From Patescibacteria group bacterium (GTDB taxonomy: Bacteria; Patescibacteriota; Minisyncoccia; Phycocordibacterales; SBAW01), in NCBI GenBank assembly GCA_028866155.1, contig JAGWIT010000002.1, forward strand, positions 1 through 43,985: a stretch of 43,985 nucleotides of DNA, written 5' to 3'. The position numbers were made by a program, and so were the translations under genes. Position 1 is the stretch's first letter; every line of letters begins with the position of its first letter. The notes under the pieces were generated by a model that was given only the letters and a program-made list of their open reading frames with translations, had not been told where the DNA came from and did not search any database. Below are positions 8,601 through 16,499 of the stretch, in pieces.

Positions 8601-10406
8601 TTAGCCGCCGATTCGAATAGCGCCTCCGCCTCCGCCAAAGCCTCCGCCGGTGGTGCGCGCCGCACCCGTGGCGCCGGCGCCGCCCGTGCCCGTGGTCGCA
8701 GTGGTCGCGGCAGTGCTCCCGCTAATGGTGCGCGTCACGATTTGTTCACCGAGCGTGAGGCCCGACGTTATTTCGGTATTGGTGTTATCGGAAATTCCAA
8801 CAGTGACCGGCACGTTCTGCGGAGCGGTCGCCGAAACCACGCCCGCAGTGCCTGCAGCGGCAACCGTCGAGGTGGCAAGGGGCGGGGTAAAGACCTGCAC
8901 ATAGCTCGCGCCGCCCGCAGTCTTTATCGCGCTCGACGGTATCGTCAGTACGTCTTGGTGGACGGCCGTCTCAATGTTGACGTTGACCGACATGCCAGAT
9001 TTAACCTGCGGGTTCTGCGTGTCGAAAGCAACTTTCACGTCATACGTCACGACGCCCTGCGAGACCGTGCCGGAGGGGGAGAGTTGCGCGACGGTGCCGG
9101 TCAATGTGAGGCTGGGGATGGCGTCGAAGGTAATAGTCGCCTTATCGCCGAGCTGGATTTTAGCGGCGTCGACTTCGTTTATGGAGAGGTCGGCATATTG
9201 CTGGCTCGTGATAAGCGTCGCCAGCGTCGTGCCGCTCCCAGCCTGGTCATACTCGTTGAGTGGGACCGAGGCGATGGTGCCGGCAAACGGCGCGGTCACA
9301 TAATATTCTGAGAGCGTCTGCTCCGCCTGGCTAAGCGCGTCCTCGGCCTTCGTGACGTTTAGCTGGTCGCTCTGTATGTCGAGCGTGTCGGCTCCGGCCT
9401 TGGTTTGCGCGAGCGTCTGCTCTTTTTCGGTGATGCTCTGCTGGTCGCCCTGCAGATTGTTAACGTCGCTGAGGAGCGTCGAGAGATGCGACTGCGCCTT
9501 GCTGAGGTACGAGTTGAGGTTCGTTATCTGCGTTGCGGCTGTCGATTTTGGCGTTGCGCCGTTTTGAGTGAGCTGGTCGCTGTAAAATTGTATAAGGTCG
9601 TTAGCGCTTTTTGCCGCGGTGGCGACAAGGCCCGTTGTCGCGTATGTTTCGCTGAGTATCTTGGTTATCGTCGCCTGGTCGGGCGTCGAGGAGAGCGATT
9701 TAAAATCAGAGAAGGTCTGATCGTAGGATGTGCGCGCGGTTTCGTAGTCGTTGTATGCCGCGTCGCGGTAGGACTGCGCGCTGCTGTTGTACTTGCTTAC
9801 CTGGCTCGAATAATAATCTATGTTCCATTGCGATGCGCCTCCGGCCTCGGAGCCGAGGTCGACGTCCTGCAGGCCCGAGATAATGGTGGGGAGGTCGAGA
9901 AAGGTGTTGGTCACGTCGCTAAAAGAGCTCTGGTAGAGTGTGGTGAGATTGCTTTGTGCCTGCGTGAGCGCGTCTTGCTGTTCGGTGAGCGTGAGCGTGG
10001 TTGCGGGCTCCTGGAGTTTTGCGAGCGCGATCTGCGCGCTCTGCAAGTTTTCTTTGGCGCTGGTCACGGCTTCTTCGGCGGTCGTGGGGTCGAGCATAGC
10101 GATGGTGGCGCCTGCCTTGACCTGTTCACCCGGCGTTACATATATATGGAGTATTTGCCCCGACACTTGCGGCGTGATGTTGAGCGTGCGGCTGGCGGTG
10201 ACCTGCCCGCTCTCGGAGACCGAGGAGATGATCGTGTTCTGCGCGACCGTGCCGACCGCGTAGCGCACCTGTCCGCTGGTTGAGGTCGCTTTGGCGTAGA
10301 CATACCACCCGCCGCCGAGTACTATCACGACGGCGATGACACTGATGAATTTGTGCGCGACGGCATATTTTTTTACCGAAGCAAACCTATTCAAAATTTT
10401 TTTCAT
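8601..10406 (-). CDS. Efflux transporter periplasmic adaptor (HlyD/MacA family) with a long coiled-coil insert and a Gly-rich C-terminal tail
   Basis: 601 aa. It has an N-terminal TM anchor, lipoyl-like motifs (VKAGATIAMLD, TAPFAGTIASV), a long Q/S/T-rich helical region, and a position upstream of the MacB-like ATPase and permease. Confidence 0.8.
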   Translation of the reverse strand: MKKILNRFASVKKYAVAHKFISVIAVVIVLGGGWYVYAKATSTSGQVRYAVGTVAQNTIISSVSESGQVTASRTLNITPQVSGQILHIYVTPGEQVKAGATIAMLDPTTAEEAVTSAKENLQSAQIALAKLQEPATTLTLTEQQDALTQAQSNLTTLYQSSFSDVTNTFLDLPTIISGLQDVDLGSEAGGASQWNIDYYSSQVSKYNSSAQSYRDAAYNDYETARTSYDQTFSDFKSLSSTPDQATITKILSETYATTGLVATAAKSANDLIQFYSDQLTQNGATPKSTAATQITNLNSYLSKAQSHLSTLLSDVNNLQGDQQSITEKEQTLAQTKAGADTLDIQSDQLNVTKAEDALSQAEQTLSEYYVTAPFAGTIASVPLNEYDQAGSGTTLATLITSQQYADLSINEVDAAKIQLGDKATITFDAIPSLTLTGTVAQLSPSGTVSQGVVTYDVKVAFDTQNPQVKSGMSVNVNIETAVHQDVLTIPSSAIKTAGGASYVQVFTPPLATSTVAAAGTAGVVSATAPQNVPVTVGISDNTNTEITSGLTLGEQIVTRTISGSTAATTATTGTGGAGATGAARTTGGGFGGGGGAIRIGG

Positions 10407-10411
10407 GTCGA

Positions 10412-10936
10412 TTATTGTTGCGCCCGATAAATAATGTTCATCGACGTGGTGGGGGCGCCGCCCGGGAGCTCTAGCCCGGCGGGCGGCGGAGGAAGAACAC
10501 GAATAAGGCGCGCGTCTATCTCTCCTTCGCTGTTCATGTCGCCAGTGTTGCCAGGTTCGCCGATGATTATGACCATATCGCCGGCCTTTAGCTCGCTTGG
10601 CGCGAGCGGCTGGCCGTTTTCATCGTTAATGGCGGTCGCAGAGGTGATCCCTATTTTCTCCATCATGCCGTCCCGAGTCTGTATGATAAGCGTCGGAAGT
10701 GTCACCGTGGCAATGGAGCCCACCGCGCCGTGGCCGGGTATGGTGCCGCCGAAGAGCGAGAGGCCGAACGGTTCGCTCTGCGGCGGTCGGCGGCCAAGCC
10801 CGTGGGAGCTGAGCGCCTCATGAAAGCCCACGACCACTCCCGCACGAAACACTAAAAGAAGCGTTACGAGAGCTCCGATGCCCCAAAAAATCCACTTGCT
10901 ATTTTTAACAAACAAATAATCCTCAAATGTTGCCAT
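10412..10936 (-). CDS. Hypothetical membrane-anchored protein
   Basis: 174-aa ORF with one N-terminal TM helix (WIFWGIGALVTLLLVF), in an operon position between a putative anti-sigma gene and the efflux genes. Confidence 0.55.
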   Translation of the reverse strand: MATFEDYLFVKNSKWIFWGIGALVTLLLVFRAGVVVGFHEALSSHGLGRRPPQSEPFGLSLFGGTIPGHGAVGSIATVTLPTLIIQTRDGMMEKIGITSATAINDENGQPLAPSELKAGDMVIIIGEPGNTGDMNSEGEIDARLIRVLPPPPAGLELPGGAPTTSMNIIYRAQQ

Positions 10937-11327
10937 AGGTAAAAGCGACGCGCGCGGTCTTAATGGTTCGGCTCAAAGACCACACCAGCGCCACGACGAG
11001 CGGGATGACAAAGAGGAGCGCAAGCGCCGGCAGCGATTCGAGCAGGGTCAGCGAAAACTCGCGCCAATAGGTGAGCGCCAGCGAACGATCCGACAACAGG
11101 AGCGATGCGTAGTCATAAAAACCGGATGCGTAGAATTGTGCCAAAGCATATTGCACCGCCGGCACGAGCGCCGCACCCGAGAGCACCGCGACGATTCCAA
11201 AAATACCGGAGCGAACGCGGGCCTGTGTGCGTTTGGCCTCCTCGATGCGCGCGAGTATCGCCTCATAGAGTCCGCGCGGAGGCGTCGCTTCGGCAAGCAG
11301 GGTAAAAAGGGTTGAGCGTTTTTGCAT
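10923..11327 (-). CDS. Hypothetical membrane protein; possible anti-sigma factor, judged by position only
   Basis: 134-aa ORF directly downstream of the ECF sigma gene, with two hydrophobic helices. I recognise no diagnostic motif. Confidence 0.5.
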   Translation of the reverse strand: MQKRSTLFTLLAEATPPRGLYEAILARIEEAKRTQARVRSGIFGIVAVLSGAALVPAVQYALAQFYASGFYDYASLLLSDRSLALTYWREFSLTLLESLPALALLFVIPLVVALVWSLSRTIKTARVAFTYGNI

Positions 11328-11339
11328 ATCTTTTATACG

Positions 11340-11930
11340 TTATTCTGGCGTGTTTGGGTGCGAATGGCCCCTTTGCTCAAGGATCTTGCGCAGGGCCTGC
11401 AGTGCGCGCCGGTGGCGGCTCTTGGTGGTGTTTTGCGACTCGCCCAAAACTTCGCCAATTTCTTGAAACGTGAGGTCGTTGGTGTAGTAGAGGAGCAAAA
11501 GCTCGCGGTGCCGCGGGCTCAGCTGAAGCAGGGCTTGATTCACTTCCTGTGAGTCGCCGGCTTTTGCAAAAAGCTCCTCGGGCAGGGGCGATTGGTCGGC
11601 GACTGTTTCGGCCAAAACGTTCTCGCCGCTCTCGTTCTCAAACCCCGAGAACGCGATATTCTTTTTTTTGCGCAAAAAATCTATCGCGGTGTTGCGCGTG
11701 ATGCGCAGCAGCCATGTCTTAAACTTGCTCGCCTCTTTGCGGTACTGTTTGAGGTTCTTCCACGCCTTGAGAAAGGTTTCCTGCGCGATGTCCTCGGCCT
11801 CCTCCCGGCTGCCGACAAAGCGCAAGGCAAAGGAGTAGGCCGACGGCAGATGCCGCTTGGCCAGTTCTCCAAAAGCATTTTCCTCACCGCCAAGATAGTC
11901 GGCGACGAGTTCTTCATCGGTTTTATCCAT
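11340..11930 (-). CDS. RNA polymerase sigma factor, ECF (sigma-70 family group 4)
   Basis: 196 aa. Region 2 (DIAQETFLKAWKNL, FKTWLLRITRNTAIDFLR) and a region 4 helix-turn-helix (LTFQEIGEVLGESQNTTKSRHRRALQALR). Confidence 0.9.
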   Translation of the reverse strand: MDKTDEELVADYLGGEENAFGELAKRHLPSAYSFALRFVGSREEAEDIAQETFLKAWKNLKQYRKEASKFKTWLLRITRNTAIDFLRKKKNIAFSGFENESGENVLAETVADQSPLPEELFAKAGDSQEVNQALLQLSPRHRELLLLYYTNDLTFQEIGEVLGESQNTTKSRHRRALQALRKILEQRGHSHPNTPE

Positions 11931-11960
11931 TTTTTTAACCTATTGTATACTTTATCGCAT

Positions 11961-12608
11961 ATGAATACGAAAGCGCTCATCGGTGCGGTGGCTATTATCA
12001 TAATCGCAGGAGGTGTATATTATTTTGTGGCAAAAAATAATTCGGCTCCGGTGGCCGCCCCCGCGGCCGATTTTACCGGACAAAACGGCGCGGCAATGTC
12101 TCTGCAGTCTCTGGTGGCCGCGGGGGCTCCGGTCGCGTGCACGTTTTCTACCACGACTGAGAGCGGCTCAGAGAGCGGCACGGTATATGTGGCAAACGGC
12201 GCAGTCGCGGGCGACTTTACCGAGAAAGGCGCGCAGGGGACTATCGACGCGCACATGATAGTTGAGAACAACACCAGCTATGTCTGGACCTCGATGAGTA
12301 CTACCGGCTTTAAGAGCACTGTGACGCAGGGGCAGGCTTCAACGCAAAGCAACGGCGTCAACTACAGCTCGCCGATGAACTACTCCTGCCAGCCGTGGAC
12401 TCCAGACCAGAGTAAATTTAATTTGCCGAGCAACATCTCGTTTACCGCCACTGCGTCCTACACGCCGCCCGCGCAGGGAGCAGGCGCGACTGGTGCCGCA
12501 GGCGGCTCTGCCTCCGCAGGAGTAAAAGGCACCGCGGCGCAGTGCGCGCAGTGCAACACCCTCCCATCAGCTCAAAAAGCGCAGTGTCTTGCCGCACTTC
12601 AGTGCTAA
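11961..12608 (+). CDS. Hypothetical secreted or membrane-anchored protein with a Cys-rich C-terminus
   Basis: The track ORF 11592..12608 is trimmed to the ATG at 11961 (MNTKALIGAVAIIIIAGGVYYF, a signal anchor). The upstream part is antisense to the sigma factor gene. Confidence 0.6.
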   Translation: MNTKALIGAVAIIIIAGGVYYFVAKNNSAPVAAPAADFTGQNGAAMSLQSLVAAGAPVACTFSTTTESGSESGTVYVANGAVAGDFTEKGAQGTIDAHMIVENNTSYVWTSMSTTGFKSTVTQGQASTQSNGVNYSSPMNYSCQPWTPDQSKFNLPSNISFTATASYTPPAQGAGATGAAGGSASAGVKGTAAQCAQCNTLPSAQKAQCLAALQC

Positions 12609-12633
12609 GAGACAAAAAGCGTATACTGGCGGG

Positions 12634-13812
12634 ATGGAACCGCTGGCTTCGCAGATTCGCCCGAAAACGCTCGATGAGTTTGTCGGACAGGAGCATTTGG
12701 TGGGGAAGGGGAAACCGCTTCGGGAAGCGATTGAGGGTAAGCATTTATTCTCCTTTATATTGTGGGGCCCGCCGGGGTCGGGCAAGACCACTTTGGCGCG
12801 CATTTATGCCAATGCTTTGAATGCCGATTTTTATGAATTGTCGGCCGTCGATTCGGGCAAGGATGATATAAAAAATATTTTGGGTATAGCAAAGGTCAGA
12901 CCTTCGCACAACAAAGGTCAGACCTTTGCTTTTCCTGAGAAACCAAAGGTTTTATTTGTAGACGAGATACACCGCTTTAACAAAGCACAGCAGGATTTTC
13001 TTTTGCCCTTTGTCGAGCGGGGCGACCTCACGCTCATTGGCGCTACAACTGAGAATCCGAGCTTCGAGATCATCGGCGCTTTGCTTTCGCGCTCGCGCGT
13101 TTTTGTGCTCAATGAACTGACCGAAAAGGACATGGAGAAAATAATTGTTCGCGCGGCAAAGGAGCTGAAGACAAAAATAAACAAAGAAGCAAAGCAATGG
13201 CTCATCCAAATGGCCGGCGGCGATGCGCGGCAGGCGATAGGGGTTTTAGAGGGCGCGCACCAGCTCTATGGAAAACTCGACCTCGATTCGCTCAAAGAAA
13301 CAATACAGAGCAAGCATCTGCGCTACGACAAAAAAGGCGAGGAGCATTACAACACCATCTCCGCATTTATTAAATCGATGCGCGCCTCCCAGCCTGATGC
13401 CGCGCTTTATTATCTGGCAAGGATGGTCGAGGCGGGCGAGGACCCGCTGTTTATAGCGCGGCGCATGGTGGTGTTTGCGAGCGAAGACATCGGCCTCGCG
13501 GTGCCGACCGCGCTCGTCGTTGCCAACGCGGTCTTTTGCGCGTGCGAAACCATAGGCTACCCCGAGTGCGCGATAAACCTCGCGCACGGCGTGGCTTATT
13601 TAGCGGAGTGCAAAAAATCGCGCAAAAGTTATGATACCTATTTTGAAGCGGTCGCCGACGTCAAAGAGCTCGGTAACCTGCCAATCCCGATGCGTGTGCG
13701 CAACGCGCCAACCAAACTGATGAAAGATTTAGGCTATCACAAAGGGTACAAATTGTATGACAAAGAATCCTATTTGCCCGACAAATTAAAAGGGAAGAAG
13801 TATTTGAAATAA
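12634..13812 (+). CDS. rarA: Replication-associated recombination protein A (AAA+ ATPase RarA/MgsA)
   Basis: Walker A GPPGSGKTT, Walker B/sensor FVDEIHRFNKAQQD, IGATTENPSFE, and the C-terminal MgsA block (ARRMVVFASEDIG). The start is set at the ATG at 12634, after the stop of the preceding gene. Confidence 0.9.
   Translation: MEPLASQIRPKTLDEFVGQEHLVGKGKPLREAIEGKHLFSFILWGPPGSGKTTLARIYANALNADFYELSAVDSGKDDIKNILGIAKVRPSHNKGQTFAFPEKPKVLFVDEIHRFNKAQQDFLLPFVERGDLTLIGATTENPSFEIIGALLSRSRVFVLNELTEKDMEKIIVRAAKELKTKINKEAKQWLIQMAGGDARQAIGVLEGAHQLYGKLDLDSLKETIQSKHLRYDKKGEEHYNTISAFIKSMRASQPDAALYYLARMVEAGEDPLFIARRMVVFASEDIGLAVPTALVVANAVFCACETIGYPECAINLAHGVAYLAECKKSRKSYDTYFEAVADVKELGNLPIPMRVRNAPTKLMKDLGYHKGYKLYDKESYLPDKLKGKKYLK
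12888..12930. repeat. Palindromic element, family A (aaaggtcagaccttt type), in frame inside rarA
   Basis: agcaaaggtc-a-gacctt-cgcacaac-aaggtc-a-gacctttgct. The outer 10 bp and inner 6 bp are self-complementary. It shares aggtcagacctttg with the atpG palindrome. Confidence 0.75.
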
Positions 13813-13851
13813 AAAAACCACCGGGCGTCTCCGGTGGCTGAAATTTTTTTC
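13811..13851. terminator. Bidirectional intrinsic terminator between rarA (+) and a small ORF (-)
   Basis: An A-run, then the stem ccaccgg / ccggtgg with the loop gcgtct, followed by a T-run (13844-13850). Confidence 0.65.
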
Positions 13852-13866
13852 TGCGTCATTGCCTAT

Positions 13867-14076
13867 TTACGCGGCCGCCGCTTTGAGTTTAATGAACGCA
13901 TCGACATCCATATATGAGCCGCCGCAGCATACCTTGTTGAAATCCTTGCCAGACCTCAAGATTCGCTGGCCTTCGCTGATTGTTTTGGCGCGCTGTGACG
14001 TTGGGTAATCGCGCGCGGAATTTTGCTTGTACATCTCAGCTCGCGCGTCATCTGCCTCAACGATAAGGATTTTCAT
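13867..14076 (-). CDS. Small hypothetical protein (69 aa)
   Basis: This is the only part of the 214-aa track ORF that is not antisense to msrA. The ATG at 14076 is preceded by GAGAGGAG. The N-terminus MKILIVEADD resembles the start of a receiver domain, but the protein is far too short to be one. Confidence 0.4.
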   Translation of the reverse strand: MKILIVEADDARAEMYKQNSARDYPTSQRAKTISEGQRILRSGKDFNKVCCGGSYMDVDAFIKLKAAAA

Positions 14077-14148
14077 CCCTTGCTCCTCTCTCGCCATTGC
14101 ATTAAGGTTCCGGCTGGTATAATGGTAGTCAACTAATCGAAAGTCAAC

Positions 14149-14685
14149 ATGAACACCGAAACGATAGTTTTTGGCGGCGGGTGTTTTTGGTGCACCGAGG
14201 CTATTTTTTTGATGCTGAAAGGTGTCCGCAGCGTCGAGCCTGGATACTCGGGACCTGCCTATAAAACCGAAAGAGGGCCGAGCTACGAAGAAGTCTCGAC
14301 TGGAGAGACGCCGTACGTAGAGTCGGCAAAAATTGTGTACAACCCGGACGCCATTGCCTTTCCCGAACTTCTGCAGGTCTATTTTGGCAGCCACGACCCG
14401 ACGACGCCGAACCGTCAGGGCAGTGATGTCGGGCCGCAGTACCGCTCGGCAATCTTTTATACGACACTGCGGCAAAAAGAGATGAGCGAGATATACATCG
14501 GCAATATCCAAAAAAGCCTAAGCAAGCCCATTATCACCACCGTTGAGCCGCTCGTGATGTTTTACCGAGCTGAGGACTATCATCAAAAATATTACGAAAA
14601 CCACAAGACGGCAGGCTACTGCCAATTAATCATTGCGCCCAAAGTCGAGAAAGTGCAGGAGAAGTTCAAAAATCTGTTAAAGTAG
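14149..14685 (+). CDS. msrA: Peptide-methionine (S)-S-oxide reductase
   Basis: 178 aa with the catalytic GGGCFWCTEA motif and conserved DPTTPNRQG.D.G.QYRS and YHQ.Y blocks. Confidence 0.95.
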   Translation: MNTETIVFGGGCFWCTEAIFLMLKGVRSVEPGYSGPAYKTERGPSYEEVSTGETPYVESAKIVYNPDAIAFPELLQVYFGSHDPTTPNRQGSDVGPQYRSAIFYTTLRQKEMSEIYIGNIQKSLSKPIITTVEPLVMFYRAEDYHQKYYENHKTAGYCQLIIAPKVEKVQEKFKNLLK

Positions 14686-14690
14686 ACGAA

Positions 14691-14753
14691 GTAAAAATAC
14701 TTTTCTCCGGAGAGATGAACGGGACCCCAACTCCTGCAAAAAGTATTTTTTAC
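14691..14753. repeat. Hairpin element, family C copy 1 (34-nt conserved core with 14-bp arms)
   Basis: The arms gtaaaaatactttt / aaaagtattttttac flank the core ctccggagagatgaacgggaccccaactcctgca. The same core recurs at 15623-15656. Confidence 0.8.
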
Positions 14754-14760
14754 TTTGTCT

Positions 14761-15177
14761 ATGACTCGTGAAGAATTTGAGAAATTGGTTGAGGAGGAGT
14801 TTCCGCGCGCGGTGCCGGAGAAGTTTCATCACCTCATCAAAAATGTAGGGTTTTTGGTTGAGGACGAACCTTCTTTGGAGCTTCGCAAGCAGGAGGGCCT
14901 GAGCGACAACGAAACCCTGCTTGGGCTTTACCACGGCGTGCCGGCAGTGGCCCGCGGCGACTTCTATGGCGTGGGAGGCACCTTGCCCGACACCATCACG
15001 CTGTTTCAACTTCCTATCGAAGAAGAAGCCAAGGCTCTCTCCGTAAGGTTGAACCTTACGGAGGAAGAAGCATTGTGCCGCGTCATCCGCGAAACGATTT
15101 GGCACGAGGTCGCGCATTACTTTGGTTACGATGAGCACCAGGTGCGGGATAGGGAAGATAAACGCAACGAAAAGTGA
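14761..15177 (+). CDS. Zincin-like metallopeptidase family protein (Zincin_1 / DUF1025 type)
   Basis: About 138 aa, with HEVAHYFG followed by acidic residues near the C-terminus. I prefer the ATG at 14761 to the TTG at 14755 used by the track. Confidence 0.75.
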   Translation: MTREEFEKLVEEEFPRAVPEKFHHLIKNVGFLVEDEPSLELRKQEGLSDNETLLGLYHGVPAVARGDFYGVGGTLPDTITLFQLPIEEEAKALSVRLNLTEEEALCRVIRETIWHEVAHYFGYDEHQVRDREDKRNEK

Positions 15178-15189
15178 TATATTAAAAGC

Positions 15190-15636
15190 ATGGAGCAAAA
15201 AATTTATTTGGCGCCGTTCTATTTGATAGCTGCGACCTTCATCGGGCTCGGCGACACATTGTTTCTTTCTTATTATGCATTTATTAATGCCATTCCATCT
15301 TGTGCCATCGGCGGGTGCGAGATAGTTCTCTCAAGCCCCTACTCGCACCCGTTTGGCGTGCCGTTCGGATATATAGGCCTTGTCTACTACGCCTACATGC
15401 TTGCGTTGGTGATTTTGCTGGTGATAGATCCGGCCTCAAAAGGCTTGCGTTTTGGCATACTCGCGTATACCGCAATAGGATTGCTGTGCTCAATAGGCTT
15501 TGAGCTCTTTCAATATTTCGTTATCGGGGCGCTTTGCATGTACTGCGCGATTTCAGCGCTCACGACATTGCTATTATTCTGCCTCGCCGTGTGGCATTGG
15601 AGGACTTCAAAAAAAGTCTTTGCTCCGGAGAGATGA
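15190..15636 (+). CDS. Vitamin K epoxide reductase (VKOR) family membrane protein
   Basis: 148 aa with four hydrophobic helices, a loop cysteine pair (SCAIGGC) and CMYC (CxxC) at the start of the last helix. Confidence 0.75.
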   Translation: MEQKIYLAPFYLIAATFIGLGDTLFLSYYAFINAIPSCAIGGCEIVLSSPYSHPFGVPFGYIGLVYYAYMLALVILLVIDPASKGLRFGILAYTAIGLLCSIGFELFQYFVIGALCMYCAISALTTLLLFCLAVWHWRTSKKVFAPER

Positions 15637-15675
15637 ACGAGACTCCAACTCCTGCACAAAGATTTTTAAAAGTCC
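15602..15675. repeat. Hairpin element, family C copy 2 (34-nt conserved core with imperfect arms of about 19-21 nt)
   Basis: The core ctccggagagatgaacgagactccaactcctgca (15623-15656) is 32/34 identical to copy 1. The arms ggacttcaaaaaaagtctttg / caaagatttttaaaagtcc are unrelated to the copy 1 arms. Confidence 0.8.
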
Positions 15676-16454
15676 TAATACGAAGGTCTGCGCGCCCAGC
15701 GGTACGTTCTATACAAGAGATAAAAGAAAACAATAACGAGCAGGGGATAGAAGACGCCGGCGTTGCTGATGAGGAATTGCAAGATGGTCAGCGCATATAA
15801 GTAGAGCGTCCACAGGACGAACCAAAAATCTCCCATCGTGTTGGGCAGCGCGCTTGTCGAGGTCCCTTCGACTAAGCCGGTCAGCCCGTGGTTGGCCAAA
15901 TTATTTTTTGCGACACCGAGTTGGCTGTCGATGAGCTTCGACATACTCCCTCGCAGAGAATCGACAGTCGAAAAAATCGGCTGGCTGAGGCTGGCGGCCT
16001 GCGGCGAGATGCCCGAGATATCTTGTTGAATTTGCGCCGACGACTCGACCGCGGCGGGTTGTGAAACAGACGCGGGCGCGGTTGTTGCCGGCACCGGTTT
16101 TGGATTGATGACGAAGACCTCGGTCTCTTGCTCTACGGTGACGCCGCCGCTGTCCTCAAGCGCGGCTTTAATGGTGTGCGACCCGGCAAGCGGCTTCCAG
16201 GGCAGGGACACCGTTTGCGCCCCGCCGGCGGCCATCGAGATCGGCCGCGTGCCTATTTGAGCGCTTCCGTCGCTCACCACGAGCGTGCCGGCGAACGCCG
16301 CCCCGGCATCGTTTGAGAGCACGGCATAAATCTGCACCGCGTCGCCCTCGGTGACCGGCGACTTCGAAAGAAAGAGCGACTGCTTTGCGAACCCCGCTGC
16401 AAACACAAGCGAGGGGAGCAAAAACAAAGCGCTCAAAAATAAGAGCTTTTTCAT
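15675..16454 (-). CDS. Hypothetical exported protein with C-terminal membrane helices
   Basis: 259-aa ORF with an N-terminal signal peptide (MKKLLFLSALFLLPSLVFA) and two C-terminal hydrophobic helices. Confidence 0.6.
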   Translation of the reverse strand: MKKLLFLSALFLLPSLVFAAGFAKQSLFLSKSPVTEGDAVQIYAVLSNDAGAAFAGTLVVSDGSAQIGTRPISMAAGGAQTVSLPWKPLAGSHTIKAALEDSGGVTVEQETEVFVINPKPVPATTAPASVSQPAAVESSAQIQQDISGISPQAASLSQPIFSTVDSLRGSMSKLIDSQLGVAKNNLANHGLTGLVEGTSTSALPNTMGDFWFVLWTLYLYALTILQFLISNAGVFYPLLVIVFFYLLYRTYRWARRPSY

Positions 16455-16499
16455 ACCCTTCTAGTATAGCGCTCTTTTTTCTTATGATAGAATTTTTGT

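Noticed and set aside
8547-10283. Plus-strand ORFs 8547..9311 and 9405..10283 (254 and 292 aa).
   Set aside because: They are antisense to the HlyD-family adaptor gene. Their low-complexity Arg/Gly-rich translations carry no motifs.
11592-11960. An N-terminal extension of the ORF 11592..12608.
   Set aside because: It overlaps the ECF sigma factor gene on the opposite strand. The internal ATG at 11961 gives a clean signal-anchor N-terminus.
14077-14511. The upstream two-thirds of the 214-aa minus-strand ORF 13867..14511.
   Set aside because: It is antisense to msrA, which has the catalytic GCFWC motif. Only the last 69 codons, which have their own Shine-Dalgarno sequence, are kept as a low-confidence CDS.
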